Below the pieces are notes generated by a model. The model was not told the DNA's origin, did no database searches, and saw only the letters and a program-made list of their open reading frames with translations. Made by a program: the position numbers and the translations under genes. Shown one piece after another: positions 34,473 to 43,835 of a stretch of DNA of 64,000 bases. The first letter of the stretch is position 1, and the number at the start of each line of letters is the position of its first letter. This stretch comes from a virus (taxonomy: Duplodnaviria > Heunggongvirae > Uroviricota > Caudoviricetes), in IMG/VR virus record IMGVR_UViG_3300032329_000471, positions 1 to 64,000 of that record; one strand, given 5' to 3'.

Positions 34473-37229
34473 ATGACCATATATAATGCGCTAGATATCA
34501 AAGCGGGAAAAAAAGTTAGTTATAACAAACTTGGAACACTTACCCAGCCCATTCAGTTTCTTCCAGAAAAAGAAAAGGATGATGAATGGCGCGCTTGGAA
34601 CCTTGATTGGTTAGAGTTTCAAGGTATGAAGATGTTACGTAGAAATGCTAGACGGTTAATGAAAAACTATAAACTTTCTAAAGGTATTATAGATAAAACC
34701 GACTATATAGTAGAACAAGATAATGAAATGGCTGATCTTGTAGATATACTTACTAAACAAGATGAATCAGCATTAGAACTTAAGTTTTATCCTATAATTC
34801 CAAATGTTATAAATGTTTTATGTAATGAGTTTTCTAAAAGAACATCTCGTATAATATATAAGGCTGTTGATGACATTTCGTATAATGAAATGTTAGAACA
34901 AAAGAGAGAAATGGTTGAGAAAGTTTTGTTATCTGAAGCTCAACAAAAGATACAAGCTCAACTAGCTCAAATGGGTATGGCTCCTGATTCTCAAGAAGCT
35001 CAACAAGAATTAGCTCCTGAAAAACTTAAAACTCTTCCAGAAATAGAACAATTCTTTAGAAAAGATTATAGATCTATGGTAGAACAATGGTCTACCCATC
35101 AACATAATGTAGATGAAGAAAGGTTTAAGATGCAAGAACTAGAAGAAAGAGCATTTAGAGATATGCTTATTACCGATAGAGAGTTTTGGCATTTTAACAT
35201 GATGGAAGATGATTACGAAATTGATTTATGGAATCCATTATTAACTTTCTATCATAAAAGCCCAGACGTAAGATATATATCTCAAGGTAACTGGGTTGGT
35301 AAAATGGATATGATGTCTATATCTGATGTTATAGATAAATATGGATGGATGATGACCGCTGAACAACTTAAAGCATTGGAAGTAATATATCCTGTAAGAT
35401 CCGCGGGATATGCTGTACAAGGATATCAGAATGATGGTACATATTATGATCCTACACGTACACACGAATGGAATACACAGATGCCGTCATTAGCTTATAG
35501 ACAATATACATCTATGTATGACGCTAAGTTAGGAACTGGTGATATTGTAGAATGGATTATGTCAGATTCTGAAGATCTTCAAGACTTTGGTAAATCACAT
35601 ATGCTTCGTGTATCCACTATCTACTGGAAGAGTCAACGTATGGTGGGACATCTTACTAAAATAATAGAAGATGGTAACCTTATTCAAGAGATTATAGGAG
35701 AAGATTATACAGTGGTTGATAAACCAATGTATGATACTTCAACATATAAACAAAAAACAAAAGATAATTTAATCTTTGGTGAACATATAGATTGGATATG
35801 GATTAATGATGTATGGGGTGGAATAAAGATTGGTCCTAACCGCCCTACATTCTGGGGTATGAATAATCCTGGTGGATTAAATCCAATATACTTAGGATTA
35901 GCCGGTGGTAAACCTGGTCGTATACCTTTCCAATTTAAAGGAGACAATAGTCTTTATGGTTGTAAACTTCCTGTAGAAGGATGTGTATTTGGAGATAGAA
36001 ATACTGTATCTGTTTCTATGGTAGATTTAATGAAACCATCACAGATAGGATATAATATAGTGAATAATCAAATAGCTGATATATTAGTAGATGAACTTGG
36101 TACAGTGATAATGTTAGATCAAAACTCTTTACCGCGTCACTCTTTAGGAGAAGACTGGGGAAAAAATAATCTAGCTAAAGCTTATGTAGCAATGAAGAAC
36201 TTTCAAATGCTTCCTTTAGATACCACTATCACTAATACAGAAAACCCTCTTAATTTTCAACATTATCAAGTATTAAATCTTGAACAAACTAATAGGCTTC
36301 TTTCTCGTATTAAATTAGGAGAATATTTTAAAACACAAGCTTTTGAAATAATAGGTTTGAATCCACAGAGGATGGGTCAACAGATAGCTCAAGAACAAAC
36401 AGCTACTGGTGTTGAACAAGCTACTAATGCTTCTTACGCTCAAACAGAACAATATTTTATACAACATAGTGATAACCTAATGCCGCGGGTACACGGAATG
36501 AGAACAGACTTAGCTCAGTTCTATCATTCTAGAAAACCTAGTCTTAGACTTCAATATATAACATCTAATGATGAAAAAGTAAACTTTCAGATTAACGGTA
36601 CTGATCTTTTATTAAGAGACCTTAACATATTTGCTACTACTAAGACAAATGCTCGTGCTGTAATGGATCAGTTGAAACAATTAGCTGTTAAAAACAACAC
36701 TATGGGTGCGTCTATATATGATCTTGGTAATGTTATCAAATCTGAGAGTATTGCTGAGCTTACACAAGTTCTTAAGAAAGCTGAAGAAAAAGCTAATGCT
36801 CAAAGACAAGAACAACAACAACACGAACAACAGATGCAACAAGAACAAATTAAAGCTCAACAAGATCAACTTAGACAAGCTCAACAGTTTGAAGCTGATG
36901 AGAATGAAAAAGATAGACAAGCTAAGATACTTGAAACTCAAATATCGGCTGCTGGTAGAGGATCTGGATTTGATGTTAATCAAAATAAACAATCAGATTA
37001 TCTTGATGCTATGGAGTCTATAAAGAAAGAACAACAACATCAAGACGCAATGAACTTTAAAAGAGAACAGGAAGTAAATAAAAATACTCACCTTACTGAA
37101 CAAAGACAACTTCAACGTGACAAGATGTCTACAGAAGACAGAAAAGCTGAGATAGAGTTACAGATATCGCGTGAGAATAAAAATAGGTATGACGCGCCTA
37201 AATCTAAACAATCGGATAAGAAGAAATAA
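34473..37229 (+). CDS. putative portal protein (918 aa)
   Basis: Large ORF immediately after the terminase and homing-endonuclease insertion; Gln/Glu-rich charged C-terminus; called by position and size only. Confidence 0.4.
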   Translation: MTIYNALDIKAGKKVSYNKLGTLTQPIQFLPEKEKDDEWRAWNLDWLEFQGMKMLRRNARRLMKNYKLSKGIIDKTDYIVEQDNEMADLVDILTKQDESALELKFYPIIPNVINVLCNEFSKRTSRIIYKAVDDISYNEMLEQKREMVEKVLLSEAQQKIQAQLAQMGMAPDSQEAQQELAPEKLKTLPEIEQFFRKDYRSMVEQWSTHQHNVDEERFKMQELEERAFRDMLITDREFWHFNMMEDDYEIDLWNPLLTFYHKSPDVRYISQGNWVGKMDMMSISDVIDKYGWMMTAEQLKALEVIYPVRSAGYAVQGYQNDGTYYDPTRTHEWNTQMPSLAYRQYTSMYDAKLGTGDIVEWIMSDSEDLQDFGKSHMLRVSTIYWKSQRMVGHLTKIIEDGNLIQEIIGEDYTVVDKPMYDTSTYKQKTKDNLIFGEHIDWIWINDVWGGIKIGPNRPTFWGMNNPGGLNPIYLGLAGGKPGRIPFQFKGDNSLYGCKLPVEGCVFGDRNTVSVSMVDLMKPSQIGYNIVNNQIADILVDELGTVIMLDQNSLPRHSLGEDWGKNNLAKAYVAMKNFQMLPLDTTITNTENPLNFQHYQVLNLEQTNRLLSRIKLGEYFKTQAFEIIGLNPQRMGQQIAQEQTATGVEQATNASYAQTEQYFIQHSDNLMPRVHGMRTDLAQFYHSRKPSLRLQYITSNDEKVNFQINGTDLLLRDLNIFATTKTNARAVMDQLKQLAVKNNTMGASIYDLGNVIKSESIAELTQVLKKAEEKANAQRQEQQQHEQQMQQEQIKAQQDQLRQAQQFEADENEKDRQAKILETQISAAGRGSGFDVNQNKQSDYLDAMESIKKEQQHQDAMNFKREQEVNKNTHLTEQRQLQRDKMSTEDRKAEIELQISRENKNRYDAPKSKQSDKKK

Positions 37230-37357
37230 ACTAGATAGTTATAGCTCTACTATCCATAGCTTCGTTCACTTTTATTGATATATTTAAATTTTAATAGTTT
37301 AAAGTTGTATATTAATAATGTAGAGATATACAATTAAAAAACCAAACAAAAAGATAT

Positions 37358-38578
37358 ATGACAGAAAATCAAAGTGTTCAAGAAGTTGAACTAGATATTG
37401 ATAATTGGGATGTGGCTCCAGGTGGTAGTAATATAATTACATCTACTGAAAAAAAGGAAGAAGCAAAACCAAACATGTTTTCAAGAGGAACTCAAGATAT
37501 GAGTTTTTTAGATGAAGAAGAAAAACCAGATGTTGATAAAGCTGAGGTTATTAAAGATACATTAGATCTATTAGATCAAGATATTAAAGGAGATAATCCA
37601 AATCTTGATGAACCTGGATCTAACAAAGGAAGACCAAAGACAGAAAAAAATGGTTTGGTAGAATTCCTAAAGAAAAGAATAGAATCAAAAGAGATGTTTG
37701 CTTTTGATGACTTTGATGAAACAAAACAAGATCTTGGTGATTATCTTACTGGACTTTCAGAAAAAGATGTTGATGAGTTGTGGCAAGCTAACGTTGACAA
37801 TCTTAAAACTGAGGTAGCGTCTAGAACACCAAAAGAGTTCTTTGAATCACTTCCTGATGAATTACAATATGCTGCTAAGTATGTAATGGATGGAGGACAA
37901 GATCTAAAAGGATTATTTGCGTCATTAGCTGCTGTAGAAGAAGTAAGACAACTAGATCCAGCTCAAGAAGGAGATAGAGAATATATTGTTAGAAGTTATC
38001 TTCAAGCTAGAGGTGAATCAACTGAAGATATTGAAGACGAAATTAATACTTTAAAAGATCTTGGTACTTTAGAAAAGAAAGCTAAACAGTATAAACCTAA
38101 ACTTGACGCTATGCAAGAAGAGTTAGTACAAGCTCGTATAGCTGAACAAGAACAAAGACAATATCAACAACAACAAGCGGCCCAAGCTTATACACAAAAT
38201 GTATATGAAGCGTTAAGACCAGCTGAGATTAATGGTATTAAGCTTGATAAAAAAACACAAGCTCAGTTGTATTCAGGACTTACTCAAGCTCAATATCCTT
38301 CTGTAAGTGGACGTCCTACTAATCAATTAGGACATCTTTTAGAGAAATATCAATTTGTAGAACCTAACTATCCTTTGATAGCTGAAGCTCTTTGGTTACT
38401 ATCTGATCCTGAAGGATATCGTAAAAATCTTCAAGTGGTTGGTAAGAATCAAGCTACTGAAAATACTGTAAGACAGTTAAAAACAGAACAAGCTAGAAAA
38501 AATTCTTATACAGCTACAGAAGATGATGACAGAGGTACAAGGAAGATTACAAGACAAACAAATATATTTAAACGATAA
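37358..38578 (+). CDS. putative scaffolding protein (406 aa, acidic coiled-coil)
   Basis: Highly acidic, Glu/Lys/Gln-rich, helical; sits between the putative portal and capsid genes. Confidence 0.4.
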   Translation: MTENQSVQEVELDIDNWDVAPGGSNIITSTEKKEEAKPNMFSRGTQDMSFLDEEEKPDVDKAEVIKDTLDLLDQDIKGDNPNLDEPGSNKGRPKTEKNGLVEFLKKRIESKEMFAFDDFDETKQDLGDYLTGLSEKDVDELWQANVDNLKTEVASRTPKEFFESLPDELQYAAKYVMDGGQDLKGLFASLAAVEEVRQLDPAQEGDREYIVRSYLQARGESTEDIEDEINTLKDLGTLEKKAKQYKPKLDAMQEELVQARIAEQEQRQYQQQQAAQAYTQNVYEALRPAEINGIKLDKKTQAQLYSGLTQAQYPSVSGRPTNQLGHLLEKYQFVEPNYPLIAEALWLLSDPEGYRKNLQVVGKNQATENTVRQLKTEQARKNSYTATEDDDRGTRKITRQTNIFKR

Positions 38579-38608
38579 TATTATTAATTATTAAAACCCA
38601 AAACAAAT

Positions 38609-40231
38609 ATGGCAACTCCCGTATTAAATAATGGTATCTTTCTACGCGATACCACTTATCAAACAAGTTCACACGTAGATTCTTATCACCTTTCAAATCT
38701 CTTGAAGAGTGCTGAACCTACAGATTTAGGTCCGGTAGATCTTTGGGCAATGGCTCAAAAGGTTGAAATGCCTCTTTACCAAATGTCTAGCTTTGGTGGA
38801 AAGAATGTTATTATGGTAGACAATGCTCGTGGAGAGTACAAGTGGCAGATTCCTGTTATGCAAGATCTTCCTTACATTGTTGAGAATATTGAAGGTTCAA
38901 ACAATCAATTAGGTGCTGATGGTCAAGCGTTTAAGATTAAGCTTAACAAACGTATGTTTGGTCATGGTGATATCATCACTTATGATAAATACAACGGTGT
39001 GGAACTTTATATTATCGCTGACGATATTATCCCTGCTGGTGATGGTTTTATTTACACTGTACAGTTGGTAAACAACGACAACGTTAAATATCTAGATGCT
39101 TCTAAGTATTTAAGGATTGGTACTAAGTTCTTCCGTAAAGGTAGTGCTCGTGGTGAATATGGTGAAAGATTCTCTGATATTGGAAGTGTTTCTTCTGGTT
39201 TCCGTGAGTTCTACAACTATGTTGGTGGTGCTGATGCTCACGTTCATTATACTATTTCTAGTAAAGCAGATTTAATGATGAAGGGTGGTATGAAAGCTGA
39301 TGGTACAGTTCCAGTAACTGAACTTTGGAGAAACTTTGATAAAACAAATGATCCTTCTATCACTTCTTTAGAAGATATGGCTTCTAAGCTTGGCAAAGAT
39401 TATGTGAAGAAAGCTTATCAATCAGGTCAATTGACTCGTTCATTCTTGACTACTTTGGAAGCAGCTCACCTTACTAAGATTGCTAATGATATCGAAACTT
39501 ATTTGATGTGGGGACAAGGTGGTAAGATTAAACAAGATGGTCCAGATGATATCAGATTGTCTGTGGGTCTTTGGAAACAACTTGATAACTCTTTCAAACG
39601 TATCTACAACAAATCTAGCTTTAACTTAGATCTTTTCAAATCTGAAATCTTCAACTTCTTCAATGGTAAAGTTGAGTTCCAAGGTCCAGATCCTAAACGT
39701 AGTTTGATTGTTCAAACAGGTTTGGGTGGTATGAAACTTATCAACGAAGCTATTAAGAAAGAAGCTATCAACAGTGGATTGGTTATCAACGCATCTGAAG
39801 TTGGAGCTATCACTGGTAAAGGTATGGATCTTAACTTTGGATTTGCTTACACTCAATATGTTATTCCATTCTTGGCTAACGTTAAGTTTGTATTGAACCC
39901 AGCTTTTGATAATATCCACACTAATGATATTGAGAACCCAATCATAGATGGTTTCCCATTAAGTTCTTACAACTTCATTATCTTTGATATCACTGATAAT
40001 ACAAATGATAATATCTTCTTGTTAAAATTATCTTGGGATAACCAATTAAAGTGGCATTACCAAAATGGTACAATGGATTATATGGGTCGTACTCAAGGAT
40101 TCCAAAGTTCTGGTAACTTCAACGGATACCGTGTGTTCATGAGTCAAACAATGCCAGCGATCTGGGTTAAAGATCCTACTAAGGTGTTGAAGATAGTTAT
40201 GAGAAACCCTGTTACGGGAGGAAGCTTTTGA
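38609..40231 (+). CDS. putative major capsid protein (540 aa)
   Basis: Follows the scaffold-like gene; size typical of an HK97/T4-type major capsid protein; no motif verification. Confidence 0.4.
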   Translation: MATPVLNNGIFLRDTTYQTSSHVDSYHLSNLLKSAEPTDLGPVDLWAMAQKVEMPLYQMSSFGGKNVIMVDNARGEYKWQIPVMQDLPYIVENIEGSNNQLGADGQAFKIKLNKRMFGHGDIITYDKYNGVELYIIADDIIPAGDGFIYTVQLVNNDNVKYLDASKYLRIGTKFFRKGSARGEYGERFSDIGSVSSGFREFYNYVGGADAHVHYTISSKADLMMKGGMKADGTVPVTELWRNFDKTNDPSITSLEDMASKLGKDYVKKAYQSGQLTRSFLTTLEAAHLTKIANDIETYLMWGQGGKIKQDGPDDIRLSVGLWKQLDNSFKRIYNKSSFNLDLFKSEIFNFFNGKVEFQGPDPKRSLIVQTGLGGMKLINEAIKKEAINSGLVINASEVGAITGKGMDLNFGFAYTQYVIPFLANVKFVLNPAFDNIHTNDIENPIIDGFPLSSYNFIIFDITDNTNDNIFLLKLSWDNQLKWHYQNGTMDYMGRTQGFQSSGNFNGYRVFMSQTMPAIWVKDPTKVLKIVMRNPVTGGSF

Positions 40232-40422
40232 TGCAAAAAATATTTTGGATTATTAATAACTTATACTTATAATTGTATTAAATAAGATACAAATAAAAAA
40301 GATAAGTTTAGAAAAGTCCGAAGAAATAATAAGGTTGTACAAAGAAGAAAAGATGTTGACTGAAATATGTAAGTCAACATCTTCTTCACAACCAATTAAA
40401 AAATAATTAATAAATAATAATT

Positions 40423-40623
40423 ATGGCAAAGATGTCTCCAAATAAATCTGTTGAAGCTTCTAAAAAAGCTACTACTGGTTCTTCAAGAAGTAGCGCTCCT
40501 AGTGGTGCTATCGGATCTGCTGGTAAACCATCTGTAGGAAGAAGCTCAGCTCCATCTTCAGCTGCACCCGCTATGAAAAAGGGTGGTATGGTAAAGATGA
40601 AGAAAGGTGGTAAATGTTGTTAA
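40423..40623 (+). CDS. small Lys/Ser/Ala-rich basic protein (66 aa)
   Basis: Low-complexity; KKGGMVKMKKGG motif shared with 41980..42297. Confidence 0.55.
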   Translation: MAKMSPNKSVEASKKATTGSSRSSAPSGAIGSAGKPSVGRSSAPSSAAPAMKKGGMVKMKKGGKCC

Positions 40624-40758
40624 AAAATGCCTCCCTAACATTAGTAATGTTAGGCCCGTTCCTGTTGTATGTAAACCCTAAAGTACAAAGGGAGAGCTTA
40701 CAACTCTCAACAGGACCAATGCTCAATAAGAGCTTTATTAAAAAACCAACAAAAATAT

Positions 40759-41775
40759 ATGAGTAGTGTTACTATCGTGGAAAGGTATCCACAAAACAAA
40801 AAGTCTACAATAGCTATTCGTCCTTATTTTAATTCTGTTGTTGATAACATGGGATTACAAAATTACGGACTTAGTTTATTTGACGGAGCGTTTCATGAAG
40901 AACAACTTTGTTGTTTAGAAATTAATGGTATCAAAAGATACATTACTGGTTTAAATGAATTCTCTCCAGAAGTTAAGATGCTTCCTTTAGATGAGCAGGA
41001 AGCTAAAGTAAAACAAATTAGACAAGTTGTTAGTCAGTTAGAAAAAGAACTTGCTTCTAATATAGTAGATCCGGAAGATAAAGAGTTTTGGAATAAGTTA
41101 AAACTATTAAAACCGGACAACTTTGAATTTTGGGATAAGATTAAAATCAGAGTTGGTAATGAAGCTATCTTCTTAGAACCTGATAAAGATCCATACGATC
41201 TTATTAAACTTTACGCTATAGAAGTGGGTGGGTTCTCAATGATCGCAAAGTCTCTTGATGATGCAAGAAGTACACCAAAAGCGCCTAAGTTTTATCTTGA
41301 TAAGTTAGAAGCAACCGCTTCTCTAAATACAGAAGTTAAAAAACTTCGTAATAAAGCTCTTTCAGAACTTCAGAAGTTATTTGATAAGAATCAAAACAAA
41401 CTTTTCTATGTTGTTAAGATATTAGATCCTAATAGCGCTCAATATAAGAAGTCAACACCAAACGACATCATGTATGATAATGCTGATAAGTATATTAACG
41501 GTGATCTTATAGAAAAGGATAAAACTAAAACAGCTCAAAGATTCTTAGATGCGGCTGGTCTTGATATGGAAACTCTTAAGATAAGAGCTATTATCAAAGA
41601 TGCTACATACTACAGATTTATTTCTAGTAAAGCTGATGGATTTATCTGGGAAGTTGAAGGTTCTGTAATGTTAGGACGTACAACTGTAGATGTAATGGAA
41701 TATTTAAAGAATCCATTAAACGAAGAAATACTTATTAAACTTACTAAGAAAGTTGAACGCTATTGGAATCAATAA
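40759..41775 (+). CDS. hypothetical protein (338 aa)
   Basis: ORF in the track. Confidence 0.65.
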   Translation: MSSVTIVERYPQNKKSTIAIRPYFNSVVDNMGLQNYGLSLFDGAFHEEQLCCLEINGIKRYITGLNEFSPEVKMLPLDEQEAKVKQIRQVVSQLEKELASNIVDPEDKEFWNKLKLLKPDNFEFWDKIKIRVGNEAIFLEPDKDPYDLIKLYAIEVGGFSMIAKSLDDARSTPKAPKFYLDKLEATASLNTEVKKLRNKALSELQKLFDKNQNKLFYVVKILDPNSAQYKKSTPNDIMYDNADKYINGDLIEKDKTKTAQRFLDAAGLDMETLKIRAIIKDATYYRFISSKADGFIWEVEGSVMLGRTTVDVMEYLKNPLNEEILIKLTKKVERYWNQ

Positions 41776-41975
41776 TGATTTACGAACTAACTAATAGAAT
41801 AGAAGTATCTACACCAAAAGGTGACGGTGTCATATTATATTTAATTGACTATGGACATGAAACTGATACTATATATACAGTGATAATAAATAATTCTGGA
41901 GAGATGTGGCAGTTTACACATAAAGATATCAAAGTTAAAAGTAATATAACATTTAATAGAAATATAAAAACATAA
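41775..41975 (+). CDS. hypothetical protein (about 66 aa)
   Basis: Start moved to the TAATG overlap Met (MIYELTN). Confidence 0.45.
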   Translation: MIYELTNRIEVSTPKGDGVILYLIDYGHETDTIYTVIINNSGEMWQFTHKDIKVKSNITFNRNIKT

Positions 41976-41979
41976 CATA

Positions 41980-42297
41980 ATGGCTACAAAGAAAGTAAAC
42001 AAATATCAACAAGGTGGAACAGCTGTTCCTAAAGGAATGGTAAAAGGAGAGATGACAGGTAAACTGTATTCTAAATCTGATATGGATAGTTGGCAAACTA
42101 AACAAGCCGCTGCTCTTACTAAACAAGCTGCTGCTTATAAAAAACCTTCTCCATCTCCAATCCCTAGTAAGAAAATGGGTGGAAGTATTGGGAAGACACC
42201 TTCTACTCCAGCTGAAAAAAAGTTTGCTGCTTTAGCTCCACCAAAAAATAAAATAACATTTGCTGATAAAGTAACAGGTGCTAAAAAGAAAAAATAA
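41980..42297 (+). CDS. small Lys-rich basic protein (105 aa)
   Basis: GGTAVPKGMVKGEMTGK and SKKMGGSIGK motifs; paralog-like to 40423..40623. Confidence 0.55.
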   Translation: MATKKVNKYQQGGTAVPKGMVKGEMTGKLYSKSDMDSWQTKQAAALTKQAAAYKKPSPSPIPSKKMGGSIGKTPSTPAEKKFAALAPPKNKITFADKVTGAKKKK

Positions 42298-42443
42298 TGG
42301 CTAAAGAGATGATTAAAAGAGCTGATGGTTCTAAGTCACAAAGAGGACTTTGGGATAATATCCGGGATAATAAAGGTTCTGGTAAAAAACCTACAGCTCA
42401 AATGTTGAAACAAGAAAAAAAAATAAAAGCTAAATCTAAGTAA
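42297..42443 (+). CDS. small basic protein (48 aa)
   Basis: Manually translated MAKEMIKRADGSKSQRGLWDNIRDNKGSGKKPTAQMLKQEKKIKAKSK; TAATG start overlap; absent from the track because it is under 60 aa. Confidence 0.45.
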   Translation: MAKEMIKRADGSKSQRGLWDNIRDNKGSGKKPTAQMLKQEKKIKAKSK

Positions 42444-42444
42444 T

Positions 42445-42681
42445 ATGTCAGAAGCTTGGCAAAAAAAAGAAGGTAAGAACCCTAGTGGTGGACTAAATCA
42501 AAAAGGAAGAGATTCTTATAATAGAAGTCATCCGGGATCACATCTTAAAGCTCCTCAACCAGAAGGTGGTCCAAGAAAAGAATCATTTTGCGCTAGGATG
42601 TCCGGTGTAAAAGGTCCAATGAAAAAACCTAATGGTGAACCTACTAGAAAAGCTTTAGCTCTCAAAAAATGGAAGTGTTGA
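42445..42681 (+). CDS. small basic Gly/Lys/Pro-rich protein (78 aa)
   Basis: ORF in the track; fourth member of the consecutive basic-protein run. Confidence 0.55.
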   Translation: MSEAWQKKEGKNPSGGLNQKGRDSYNRSHPGSHLKAPQPEGGPRKESFCARMSGVKGPMKKPNGEPTRKALALKKWKC

Positions 42682-42682
42682 T

Positions 42683-43384
42683 ATGACAAACTCATTATTA
42701 CAAATAAAAATAAAACAGAGATTGAACAAACTAGCTTCATTTGATTATGACAATATACAATGTTGGCAGATTCAAGAAGCGTTTAATAAAGCTCAGTTGG
42801 ATTGGGTGAGACGTCAGATTTACGGAATTAATTCTAGAAAAGAAGGAATGGAACAATCTACAGGATTAGTAGATGATCTAAGAATCCTTCTTACCGATGC
42901 TTCTTTAAAAAAAATAAATAATAAAAAAGAATACGCAGAGTGTGAAATTCCAGAAAATTACTTATATTATAGTAGAGTAGATGCTTACGCTATGACAGAT
43001 TGTTGTCCTAAAAGAAGAATGACAGTTTATGAAGTAGAAGAAGCTAACATCTCGGTTATATTAAATAGTAAAAATATAGCTCCCAATTTTGAATGGTCTG
43101 AGACAGTTGCAACATTCTTAGGAAAAAACTTAAGAGTATATAGTAATGAATCTTTTAATATAACAGATGTTACATTAGTTTATTATAGACTTCCAAGACC
43201 AATACAGATAAAAGGATGTGTAAATATAGATGATGGAATAGCTTTTTTACAAGATCAGACTTGTGAGTTTAAAGATGATATAGCTGAAATACTAACTATG
43301 GAAGCTGCATCAATACTAGCGGGAGATATAGAGAGTCAGATGCAATATCAAAGAAGTCAATCAGAAATACAAAAAGAAAGCTAA
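42683..43384 (+). CDS. hypothetical protein (233 aa)
   Basis: ORF in the track. Confidence 0.65.
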   Translation: MTNSLLQIKIKQRLNKLASFDYDNIQCWQIQEAFNKAQLDWVRRQIYGINSRKEGMEQSTGLVDDLRILLTDASLKKINNKKEYAECEIPENYLYYSRVDAYAMTDCCPKRRMTVYEVEEANISVILNSKNIAPNFEWSETVATFLGKNLRVYSNESFNITDVTLVYYRLPRPIQIKGCVNIDDGIAFLQDQTCEFKDDIAEILTMEAASILAGDIESQMQYQRSQSEIQKES

Positions 43385-43806
43385 TGACAAAGTTACAAAG
43401 ACCGGGATATACACAAAGCGGTGGTTCTTTAGAATCTAAAGTATCAGCTTTAGTATCTGAACTAATGAACGCGGGAACTAGTTTTCATAAGTTACATTTA
43501 AAGATAACAGGGATAGGTTCTTACGCTGGTCATAAAGCTCTTAATGAGATATATGACGCTATGCCAGATCACGCTGATGATTTAGCTGAAGGATTCCAAG
43601 GAGCTTCTGAAAAACTTTTAGAATATACTGATATAGCTCCTAGAGTATTAAACTCAGTACAAGAAGCTCTTTCTTATTGTAGAGATTTAAAACAAATGAT
43701 TGACGCGTTACAATCTATAATGCCATATTCAGAAATAATAAATGATTTGGATAACGTAAAGAGTTCTATAAACTCTGTAAAATATAAACTTTTATTCTTA
43801 AAATAA
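43384..43806 (+). CDS. hypothetical protein (140 aa)
   Basis: ORF; ATGA overlap with the upstream gene. Confidence 0.6.
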   Translation: MTKLQRPGYTQSGGSLESKVSALVSELMNAGTSFHKLHLKITGIGSYAGHKALNEIYDAMPDHADDLAEGFQGASEKLLEYTDIAPRVLNSVQEALSYCRDLKQMIDALQSIMPYSEIINDLDNVKSSINSVKYKLLFLK

Positions 43807-43835
43807 TTTTTTTATAACCCCAAAATTTAACAATT

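Noticed and set aside
35241-37023. ORFs 35241..35465, 35705..35947, 36681..36992 (minus) and 36706..37023 (plus, alternate frame) inside the portal gene
   Set aside because: Shadow ORFs within a 918-aa gene. The Leu/Lys-rich repeats reflect the underlying Gln/Glu-rich codons.
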